Shown here piece by piece: positions 1 through 9,671 of a DNA stretch of 36,735 nt; positions within the stretch are counted from its first letter, which is position 1; each line of letters starts with the position of its first letter. The translations under genes and the position numbers were made by a program. Source of the DNA: Chiloscyllium plagiosum (taxonomy: Eukaryota); assembly GCF_004010195.1 (NCBI RefSeq), contig NW_025214577.1, positions 9,902 to 46,636 of the forward strand. The letters are read 5' to 3'. The notes under the pieces were generated by a model, which was given only the letters and a program-made list of their open reading frames with translations, was not told the origin of the DNA and did no database searches.

Positions 1-1190
1 GCACTTACTTGATTCCATCCCATCAAATCCCTTAATGCTCTGGCAGTTCCAATCTGTGTTATAAAAAATGAAACCGCTATCTGGTTCAGATGAAGTCCAT
101 TCTGCTTGTAGAGGTCCCACGTACCCTAGAAAGAGCCCCAATTATCCAAAAAGCCAAAACCATTCGTCCCACACCATCCCTGTAGCCACATGTTCAATTC
201 CTCTTTCTCCTTGGTCCCCGCCTTACTAGCACGTGGTACGGGCAACAAACCAGAGACAACTCTGTTCATCCTAGCTCTAAGCTTCCATCCTCGCTCCCTG
301 AATTTCTGCCTTAAATCCCCATCTCTCTTCCTACCTATGTCATTGGTGCCGATGTGGACCACAACTTGGGGCTGTTCCCCCTTCCCTTTAAGGATCCCAA
401 AAATACGATCAGAGACATCAAGAACCCCGGTACCTGGGAGGCAACACACCAACTGTGAGTCTTTCTCGTCCCAACAGAACCTCCTATCTGTCCCCCTAAC
501 TATGGAGTCCTCAATGACAACTGCTCTGCTCCTCTTCTCCTTCCCTTCTGAGCAGCAGGGACAGACTCTGTGCCAGAGCCCCGTGCCCCACTGCTTTCCC
601 CTGGTAAGCCCCCCCCAACAGTATCCAAAATGGTCTACTTATTGTTGAGGTGGATTGCCACAGGTGATCCATGCACTGCCTGCCGGTTCCCTTTCCATCC
701 CCTGACTGTAACCCATTTACCATTTTCTAGTACCTGAGGAGTGACTACCTCCCTGTAACTTCTCTCAATAACTCCATCTGCCTCCCGAATGATCCGAAGT
801 TCATGCAGCTCCAGCTCTGATTACCGAACGCGGTTTTCGAGGAGCTGGAGTTGGGTGCACTTCCTGCAGATGTCATGAGCAGGGATGCGAGTGGTGACTC
901 TTTCCTCCCACATTCTGCAGGAGGAACATTCAACTGCCCTCACCTCTATTCCCATGATTCTAAATTCCCAAAGAGACTGTTGAAAAATAAGGAATAAAAA
1001 ATAAACGCACTACCTTACCAGCTGGCGCACAGAAGTATTTTTTTTGGTCAGAGGAGGAGATGGGTGGGAGACACTACCCGTGTAGTGTTTCGAGTAACGC
1101 AACCACACCAATATATGACTTCCCAGAAGTCGTTTGCTCTTCCCTCACACCTCTCAGAAAATGGAGGCCCGAGTCCGCAGATAAGTCCCT
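1..1190 (-). mobile_element. CR1-type LINE 'A', 5' portion: 5' UTR, degraded ORF1, then an internal deletion joining it to an endonuclease fragment (1-60) that runs off the window
   Basis: Minus-strand translation from ATG 955 gives MGIEVRAVECSSCRMWE (zinc finger). Further on are MVCCLPG..VVVHIGTNDIG..VVSGLLPVPRA and WDLYKQNGLHLNQ, homologous to ORF1 at 2439-3398. Bases 1-60 encode an EN-like DWNCQSIKGFDG. The 5' UTR motif at 1050-1091 matches 2199-2245. The 5' boundary is approximate. Confidence 0.9.
80..955 (-). pseudogene. Disrupted CR1 ORF1 (zinc finger + SGNH esterase)
   Basis: Homologous pieces lie in several frames (including track ORF 126..452), with stops and frameshifts. Homology is lost after the GLHLNQ motif. 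Confidence 0.85.
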
Positions 1191-2438
1191 TTTAATTCTT
1201 TCTATAGGTCTAGGCATGTCAAGGAACGGGCAAATATTGGTCTTTGGATCATATTAGGAAAATATGTCTGTGTTAGAGCACAATGACGAGTGGAATGGAA
1301 ACAAAAGTGTATTATTTCAATGAATTCAGTTCAATGAATTATTTCCTTATTATTGAGCCTTCGAGTAAATTTCATCAGCGATTGATCTGTCCACCTGAAG
1401 AACCGGTTTATACCCTCCTGTACCCTCACACGTTCCTCCTCACTGTGAACCACCATATCATCTTTGTATCATCCACAACATTATTTACCATTCCCTCCAA
1501 ACTCCATCCCTCCCATTCTCAGCATCATCGTTTATGAAGTTCACAACTAAGCCTTGAATTTATCCTGTTTTTCAGATGTTGTTCACAGGGAAAGCATCGA
1601 GAATTCCATTCTCTTTTTTTCCCTATTTTGGTGAATTTACAGCGTGATGCAGTTGAGTTTGTTTTTACGAGGGAGCCACAAATTTTATTTTGGATATGGA
1701 GCTGAAGTCTACTTTTATACGATGTTCCTCTGTATGTTTTATTAATTAAGCTTGTACGTAATTCGTATTGGATTAGGTTTAGATGGCTTTCACTGCAACA
1801 TTTGAGTTCCACGTGGGCCTGGATAATGTTCTTTGTGTCGTTCCCTGCAATAGTCAGAGCTGAAGGAAGTTTCCATCTCTACGATAGAGATAGATTCATA
1901 ATTTTGTTTGAAATAGTTGGAGTGATGAGGATAAAGATTCAACTAAATTCTATATCTTAACTCACAGCAGAAGATTTTGAGTGGGAGCAGCGTCGAAGTA
2001 AAAGCGAACCCGGGAGACTACAGCAAAGGTAAGACAGTTTGTTTTAAAATTGCTTACCTGTAGCGGGCAGCGGTGTGTTTTTTTTTTACTCTCTCTCCGC
2101 AGAAAGAGCGGGAGCAGCAGAGGAAGTGACGGCAAGCAGAGGGGCAGCCGGGAAGGAAAAGTGAGTATATAAGTCAGGAGGAGGAGATGGCCAAACCCGA
2201 GATTCTACACCTGTAGTATCTCCCACCCACCCTCCTCCTCTAACCTTCTTAACTACTCTGCTTTTTCTTTTAAGGTAAGGATTTTTATTTCTTTACCAGG
2301 GACTAGTTAAAAATTTACTTCGTTTTTTTGTGTGTATACATCAAGTCCTTATTTAGGGTAAAAAAAACCTATAACAGAGAGGTATCAGAAGCTATTATAA
2401 CTCATACTTGTACAAAGTAATTAACTAACTAAGCAGAG

Positions 2439-3398
2439 ATGGCTGGGCAGGTGATGTGCTGTTGCTGTATGATGTGGGAGCTGGCTGATCCCATTGTGAA
2501 CGGCAGTGACCACATCTGCAGCAAGTGTTGGTTGCTGGAAGAACTCCGGATCAGAGTTGATGATCTGCAATCTGAGCATCAAACACTGCGGCACATCTGG
2601 GAGGGGGAGAGTTACCTGGACGCTTTGTTTCAGGAGGCAGTCACACCTGGGAGAGTAAGTAATTCACATTCAGCTAGTGATCAGGCTCAAAAGAGTGTGA
2701 GTGTAAGTGAGGCAGGTAGGGGGAACCGGAGTTCAGGAGTGGAGGAGCCTCAGCCCTTGACCTTGTCCAACAGGTACGAGATTCTTGCTCCCTGTTCGGA
2801 TGAGGAAAAGGGCTCTGGACAGGATGAGCCAACTGACCAAGGCACCATGGTGCAGAAGGCCATTCAAGAGGGGGGAGCTAATAGACAAATAGTGGTTATA
2901 GGGGATTCTATAATTAGGGGGACAGATAGTATCCTTTGCAAGCCGGATCGGGAGTCTTGCATGGTGTGTTGCCTGCCCGGTACCAGGGTGCGAGACATCT
3001 CCGACCGGCTTGAAAGGATATTGGAGCGGGAGGGGGAGGATCCAGTTGTTGTGGTCCACGTTGGTACCAACAACATAGGCAAGACTAGGGTGGAGGACCT
3101 GCTTGGGCATTATGAAGCACTAGGCAGGAAATTGAAGCACAGGTCCTCAAGTGTCAAAATCTCCGGATTACTGCCCGAGCCACGTGCCAATTGGCATAGG
3201 GACAAGAAGATTAGGCAAGTAAACACGTGGCTAAGGGATTGGTGTGGGAAAGAGAGATTCCACTTCATGGGGCATTGGAATCAGTTTTGGAACAGGGGGG
3301 ATCTGTACCGTTGGGACGGTCTCCACCTGAACCGATCAGGTACCAATGTTCTAGCGAAGAGGATAAATAGGGTGGTCAGTAGGACTTTAAACTTCTGA
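2439..3398 (+). CDS. CR1 ORF1p, 319 aa: Cys zinc finger, leucine-zipper-like coiled coil, SGNH/GDSL esterase domain
   Basis: Uninterrupted ORF with CxxC...CSKC, the heptad LEELRIRVDDLQSE, and SGNH blocks GDSII, LPG, GTNN and DGLH. Confidence 0.93.
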   Translation: MAGQVMCCCCMMWELADPIVNGSDHICSKCWLLEELRIRVDDLQSEHQTLRHIWEGESYLDALFQEAVTPGRVSNSHSASDQAQKSVSVSEAGRGNRSSGVEEPQPLTLSNRYEILAPCSDEEKGSGQDEPTDQGTMVQKAIQEGGANRQIVVIGDSIIRGTDSILCKPDRESCMVCCLPGTRVRDISDRLERILEREGEDPVVVVHVGTNNIGKTRVEDLLGHYEALGRKLKHRSSSVKISGLLPEPRANWHRDKKIRQVNTWLRDWCGKERFHFMGHWNQFWNRGDLYRWDGLHLNRSGTNVLAKRINRVVSRTLNF

Positions 3399-4316
3399 GT
3401 TGGGGGGAAGGGAAAGTGAAAGCGACAGGGAGTATGGAGGTAAATGGCAAGATAAGCAGCAGGATAGCATGTTTCCAGGCGGATTTAAAATTGAGGCAGA
3501 CTGAGAATACTGTAAAAAGCAAGGATAACTTAGGACATATGACTTCCAACATCTCTAATGATAACGAAGTTAGCATTAAGGCACTTTACCTGAACGCTCG
3601 TAGCATTCATAACAAAGCCGATGAACTAATGGCACAGATAATAGTGAATGATTATGATGTAGTAGGCATCACAGAGACTTGGTTACAGGGGGGTCAGGAC
3701 TGGCAGTTAAACCTCCATGGTTTTTCAACTTATCGAAAAGACAGAGAGGTGGGCAGAGGGGGTGGGGTTGCCTTGTTAGTTAAGAACAAAATTAAATCTA
3801 TGATATTGAATGACATAGCGTCGGATGATGTGGAGTCTGTGTGGGTGGAATTGAGGAACCACAAAGGCAAAAAAAACATAATTGGAGTTGTGTACAGACC
3901 TCCTACCAGTGGTCAGGACCAGGGACGCAACATGTACCGGGAAATAGAGAAGGCATGTCAGAAAGGCAAGGTTACATTGATCATGGGAGACTTCAATATG
4001 CAGGTGGACTGGGTAAATAATGTTGCTAGTGGACCTAAAGAAAGGGAATTCATGGAATGCTTACAGGATGGATTTTTGGAACAGCTTGTCATGGAGCCCA
4101 CAAGAGAGCAGGCTATTCTGGACCGAGTGCTTTGCAATGAACCAGACTCTATAAAAGATCTTAAAATAAGGGAACCCTTAGGAAGTAGCGACCATAATAT
4201 GATAGAGTTCAATCTGGAGTATGAAAGGGAGAACGCAAAATCGGATGTAATGGTGTTACAGTTGAATAAAGGTAATTATGAGGGCATGAGAGAGGAACTG
4301 ACGAAAATAGACTGGA

Positions 4317-4488
4317 TGACCCTGCACATCTTTGGACTGTGGGAGGAAACCGGAGCACCCGGGGGAAACCCACGCAGACACGGGGAGAACGTGCAAACTC
4401 CACACAGTCAGTCGCCTGAGGCGGGAATTGAACCCGGGTCTCTGGCGCTGTGAGGCAACAGTGCTAACCACTGTGCCACTGTGCCACC
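4317..4488 (-). mobile_element. tRNA-derived V-SINE (HE1-like), lacking its 3' tail, flanked by a 45-bp direct duplication
   Basis: Minus strand shows A box TGGCACAGTGG, B box GGTTCAATTCC and V-domain TGTGTGGAGTTTGCACGTTCTCCCCGTG..GCTCCGGTTTCCTCCCACAGTCCAAAG. Flanks 4272-4316 and 4489-4533 match at 43/45. Confidence 0.92.
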
Positions 4489-4874
4489 GTAATTATGAGG
4501 GCATGAGAGAGCAACTGACTAAAATAGACTGGAAGCAGAGGCTAACCGGGAAGACAGTAGAGCAAAAATGGCAGGAGTTTGTAGGTATAATTGAGGACAC
4601 TCTACAGAGGTTCATTCCCAAGAAAAGAAAGATTAACCGGGGACGGATTAGACAACCTTGGCTGACAAAGGAAGTCAGGAAATGTATTAAAGAAAAAGAG
4701 AGATCCTATAAAGTGGCTAAGAACAGTGGGAAGTCAGAAGATTGGGAAGGATACAAAAGCAAACAGAGGATAACAAAGAGTGTAATAAGAAATGAGAGGA
4801 TCAAATATAAAGGTAGGCTAGCCAGTAATATTAGAAATAATGGTAAAAGTTTATTTCAGTACATAAGAAACAAA

Positions 4875-5160
4875 CGACAGGAAAAAGTAGACATTGGGCC
4901 ACTTCAAACTGATGCAGGAAGCCTAGTGTTGGGAGATAAGGAAATAGCAGGAGAACTTAACAAGTACTTTGCGTCAGTATTCACAGTGGAAGACATGAGT
5001 AATATCCCAAAAATTAACGACAGGCAAAAGTAGACATTGGGCCACTTCAAACTTATGCAGGAAGCCTAGTGATGGGAGATAAGGAAATAGCAGGAGAACT
5101 TAACAAGTACTTTGCGTAAGTTTTCACAGTGGAAGACATGAGCAATATCCCAAAAATTAA
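4875..5160 (+). repeat. 143-bp tandem duplication inside CR1 ORF2 (frameshifting)
   Basis: 4875-5017 and 5018-5160 both read CGACAGG(A/C)AAAAGTAGACATTGGGCC...CCCAAAAATTAA, with about 6 substitutions. Confidence 0.95.
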
Positions 5161-6390
5161 AGGGGTCACGGGACTGAGTTGAGTATGGTTGCCATTACGA
5201 AAGAGATAGTGCTAGAAAAGTTAAAAAGTCTTAAAATTGATAAATCTCCTGGCCCCGATGGGATACACCCTAGAGTTCTGAGAGAGGTGGCTGAGGAAAT
5301 AGCAGAGGCATTGGTTGAGATCTTTCAAGAGTCACTGGAGTCAGGAAAGGTCCCGGATGATTGGAAGATGGCTGTTGTAACCCCCTTCAAGAAAGGATCA
5401 AGGCAAAAGATGGAAAATTATAGGCCAATCAGCTTAACCTCGGTTGTTGGTAAAATTTTAGAATCCATCATTAACGATGAGGTTTCTAAATTCTTGGAAG
5501 AGCAGAGTCTGAGTAGAACACGTCAACATGGATTTAGTAAAGGGAGGTCATGCCTGACAAACCTGTTGGAATATTTTGAAGAGGTAGCAAGTAGGTTAGA
5601 CCAGGGAAACCCAGTGGATGTGGTCTATCTAGACTTTCAAAAGGCCTTTGATAAGGTGCCACACGGGAGGCTGCTGAGCAAGGTGAGGGCCAATGGTGTT
5701 CGAGGTGAGCTGCTGGTATGGATTGAAGATTGGCTGTCTAACAGAAGGCAGAGAGTTGGGATAAAAGGTTATTTTTCAGAATGGCAGCCGGTGACGAGCG
5801 GTGTCCCGCAAGGTTCGGTGCTGGGGCCACAGCTGTTCGCATTATATATTAATGATTTGGATGAGGGAACCGGGTGCATTCTAGCGAAGTTTGCCGATGA
5901 TACGAAGTTAGGTGGACAGGCAGGCAGTACTGAGGAAGTGGGGAGGCTACAGAAGGATCTAGACAGGTTGGGAGAGTGGTCCAGAAAATGGCTGATGGAA
6001 TTTAACGTGAGCAAGTGCGAGGTCTTGCACTTTGGCAAAAAGAATAAAAGCATAGACTACTTTCTAAATGGTGACAAAATTAATAAAGCCAAAGCACAAA
6101 GGGATCTGGGAGTGCTAGTCGAGGATTCTCTAAAGGTAAACATGCAGGTTGAGTCCATGATTAAGAAAGCGAATGCAATGTTGTCTCTTATCTCAAGAGG
6201 GTTGGAATACAAAAGCAGAGATGTACTACTAAGACTTTATAAAACTCTGGTTAGGCCCCATTTGGAGTACTGTGTCCAGTTTTGGTCCCCACACCTCAGG
6301 AAAGATGTGGAAGCTTTGGAGAGGGTGCAGAGAAGATTTACCAGGATGTTGCCTGGAATGGAGAATAGGTCGTACGAGGATAGGTTGAGC

Positions 6391-7088
6391 TTGCTTTCTC
6401 CTCTGTTAAATCTCCAGCCTTGATTTCCTGTCTATGCAACATCCCCAGCCATGTTACCGCTCTCTGTAACATCTCCACCCATGTTTTCTTATTTCTCTAA
6501 CATTTCAAGCTTTGCTTTCCTATCTCTGTAACATCTCAGCCTTGCTCTCCTTTCTCTGTAACATGAGGACTCGATGGGCCGAATGGCCTTACTTCCACTC
6601 CTATGTCTTATGGTCTAGGAAAGCAAAGCTGGAAATGCTGTTGTGTTAGGAATGCAATGCTGGCGATGTTGCAGACTGAGGAAAGGAAGACTGGATACGT
6701 TACAGAGAAATTAAAGCAAGGCTGGAGATGTTACACGGAAAGGAGAGCAAGGCTGGAAATGTTACAGAGAAAGGAAAGCAAGGCTCCTGATTTTACAGAG
6801 AGAGGGCAGAAAGGCTGGTGATGTTGCACAGATAAGAAAGTAAGGCTGGAGATGTTAGACCAAAAGGTATAGACATAGGAGTGGAAGTAAGGCCATTCGG
6901 CCCATCGACTCCTCATGTTACAGAGAAAGGAGAGCAAGGCTGAGATGTTACAGAGATAGGAAAGCAAAGCTTGAAATGTTAGAGAAATAAGAAAACATGG
7001 GTGGAGATGTTACAGAGAGCGGTAACATGGCTGGGGATGTTGCATAGACAGGAAATCAAGGCTGGAGATTTAACAGAGGAGAAAGCAA
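6391..7088. repeat. Inverted repeat with 218-bp arms (6391-6608 and 6871-7088) and a 262-bp spacer. Each arm is satellite plus a CR1 3' tail.
   Basis: The arms are reverse complements with about one mismatch (GAGGACTCG versus rc of CGACTCCTC). Confidence 0.92.
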
Positions 7089-8998
7089 AGCTTAAGATGT
7101 TACAGAGATAGTAATGCAAGGCTGGAGCTATTACAGAGACTGGAAACCGAAACTACAGATGTTACAGAGATAGGAAAACTTCGCTGGAGATCTGAGAGAA
7201 ATAAGAAAACGCGGGTGGAGATGTTACGGAGATATTAATTCAAGTCTGTAAATTTTACAGAGACTGGAAAGCAAGGCTGGAAATACTTAAGTGATAGGAA
7301 CATACTGCGGGATATATGAGAGACAGAAATAATCGGCTGGATATGTCACAGACATAGGAAAGCAAGGGTGAAGAGGCTCTAGGGATAGGAAAGCACATCG
7401 ACAGATGTCACCGAGATAGGAAAGCATGGTTCGATATTATACATAAATCGGAAAGCAAGGTTGAAGATATTGCAGAAAAAGGATAGCAAAAGTCTGAGAT
7501 GTTGCAGGGATAAGAAAGCAAGTCTGGAAATTTGACAGGAATAGGAAAGAAAGGCTGGAAATGTTATAATGACAGGAACACAATGTCAGAGATGTTACAG
7601 AGACAGTGAAACAAGGATCTAGAGATAAGAATGCAAGGTTGAAGATATCACAGAGGTAGGAAAGAAAGGCTGGAGATGTTGCAGAGATAGGAAAGCAAGG
7701 TTGGAGAGGTTACAGAGAGAGGAAAGCAAGGTTGGAGAGGTTACAGAGAGAGAAAAGCAAGGCTGGAGACGTTACAGAAACAGGAAAGCAAGGCTGGAGA
7801 TGTTAAAACAGAGATAAAAGCAAGGCTGCAGATATTACAGTGATAGGAAAGCTAGGCTGGAGATGTTACAGAGATTGGAAAGCAAGGCTGGCCATGTTGC
7901 AGAGACAGGAAAGCAGGGCTGGACAGGCACTAGAGATAGGAATACAAGGCAGAAGATAACAGAGATTGGAATGCATGGCTGGAGATGATAGAGATAGGAA
8001 ACCAAGTCTTGAGAGGTTACAAAGAGAGGAAAGCAAGGCTGAGATGTTGCAATGTTAAGAGTGCAAGGCTGGAAATTTTACAGAGGTAGGAAAGCTAGGC
8101 TGGAAATTTTATAGTGAGAGGAATGCAATTCTGGCCATGTTACACATATAGGGATGCAAGGCTGGAGATGTTACAGAGATAGAAAAGCAAGGCTGCTGAT
8201 GTTACAGAGAAAGGAATGCAAGGCTGGAGATGTTGCATAGGTATGAAAACAAGGCTGCAGATCTCACAGAGAGAGGAAAGCAAGGCTGGAGATGTTACAG
8301 AACGCAAGACTGGAAATTTTACAGAGATAGAAAAGCAAAGCTGGAAATGTTATAGTGTTAGGAATGTAATATTGCAGATGTTACAGAGACAGGAAAGCAA
8401 GGCATCACCTTTGACAGGAACGCAATGCTGACGATGTTGCAGACTGAGGAAAGGAATGCTGGATATATTACAGAGTAAAGAAAGCAAGACTGGAGATGCT
8501 AAAGAGAGGAAAGCAAGGTTGGAGATGTTACAGGGAAAGCAGACCAAGGCTGGAGATGTTATAGACATAGGAAAGCAAGGCTGGAGATGTTGCAGATATA
8601 AAAAAAACAAATCTGTAGATGTTGCAGAGAAAGCGAAGCAAGGCTGGCGATGTTACAGAGATACGAAAGCAAGGCTGTAAATTTTACAGAGATTGTAAAG
8701 CAAGGCTGGGAATGTTATGGTGATAGGAACGCACTGCTGGAGATGTCAGAGACAGAAATACTAGGCTGGACATGTTACAGGGATAGGAAAGCGAGGCTGG
8801 ACAGGCTCTTGAGATAGGAAAGCACATCTATGGATGTCACCGTGAGTGTAAAGCATGGTTCGATATGATACATGGATTGGAAAGCAAGGCTGGAGATGTT
8901 ACAGAGAGAGGACAGGAAGGCTGTTGATGTTTCAGAGATAAGAAAGCAACATTGGAGATGTTACAGAGAGAGGTAAGCAAAACTGGAGATGTCACAGA
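6617..8998 (+). repeat. ~31-bp satellite array, left block. Consensus GGAGATGTTACAGAGATAGGAAAGCAAGGCT.
   Basis: Dozens of diverged head-to-tail 30-32-bp units with a strongly purine-rich top strand. Confidence 0.97.
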
Positions 8999-9670
8999 TA
9001 TGAGAAACGAAGCTCACTGACTTCAATAATGTCAGTCCGAGACAAGATCTGAAGCAATCAGTATGTGTATTATCCGCTTGCAAGCGTGGTGCCTGAAATA
9101 GACGTCCAGAATTTAGCAAGTACGTATATTATGTAGGATTCACTACTTCAAACCCGGTGTCCATTACTATTATTTATCTCTTGCCTTATTTGGCCATGTG
9201 CTTAACAAAGTACAAGTTTTACTTGGCCATTTCACCACATCCTGGTGTGGTCTATTGTGAGGTATATCTTCCTTCACTACTATCTATTTCCCCCACTTGT
9301 GACATTTCCTTCCTTTACCCAACCATATTGATCCTTATGACCTTTTAATTGGGGTTTGTTTTTTGTTTTTTGCAGAAGTGGGAAACAGATGTTTATAACT
9401 CCTGCTTATACAAGCATATCTGGCTTAAACTACATACTCACAGCACCTTATCCCGTTGTCTGTAATATCTACCATTGTTTGCAGGCACGTTTCANNNNNN
9501 NNNNNNNNNNNNNNNNNNNNNNNNNNNNNNNNNNNNNNNNNNNNNNNNNNNNNNNNNNNNNNNNNNNNNNNNNNNNNNNNNNNNNNNNNNNNNNNNNNNN
9601 NNNNNNNNNNNNNNNNNNNNNNNNNNNNNNNNNNNNNNNNNNNNNNNNNNNNNNNNNNNNNNNNNNNNNN
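8999..9670 (-). repeat. ERV 3' LTR (its U3 start lies in the gap 9495-9671)
   Basis: 8999-9494 aligns with 16218-16702 at about 90% identity by hand count. The missing 172 bp approximately equals the gap size. Confidence 0.92.
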
Positions 9671-9671
9671 N

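Larger units (their letters stand above)
3383..6390 (+). pseudogene. CR1 ORF2 (APE endonuclease + reverse transcriptase), broken by a SINE insertion and a 143-bp duplication, and missing its C-terminus
   Basis: EN motifs LNARSI, GITETWL, GVVYRPP, MGDFN and SDHNMI. RT motifs KSPGPDG, YRPISLTS, LDFQKAFD, GVPQGSVLGP and KFADD. The frame is open from 3383 and the first ATG is at 3434. Confidence 0.93.
1975..6616 (+). mobile_element. Near full-length CR1-type LINE 'B' (5' UTR, ORF1, ORF2, rearranged 3' end)
   Basis: ORF1 and ORF2 are in canonical CR1 order. A CR1-type 3' tail GACTCGATGGGCCGAATGGCCTTACTTCCACTCCTATGTCTTATGGTCT lies at 6568-6616. The 5' start is approximate. Confidence 0.93.

Noticed and set aside
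1405..1730. CACTGTG heptamer at 1441 and an FYFGYGAEV (FGxG-like) reading near 1680-1710 as an RSS or J segment
   Set aside because: There is no nonamer at 12 or 22/23 spacing, the two features are not adjacent, and no J-type splice donor follows.
4420..4488. A-box and B-box sequence as a tRNA gene (also 29755-29826)
   Set aside because: It is the tRNA-derived head of a V-SINE and continues directly into the V-domain.
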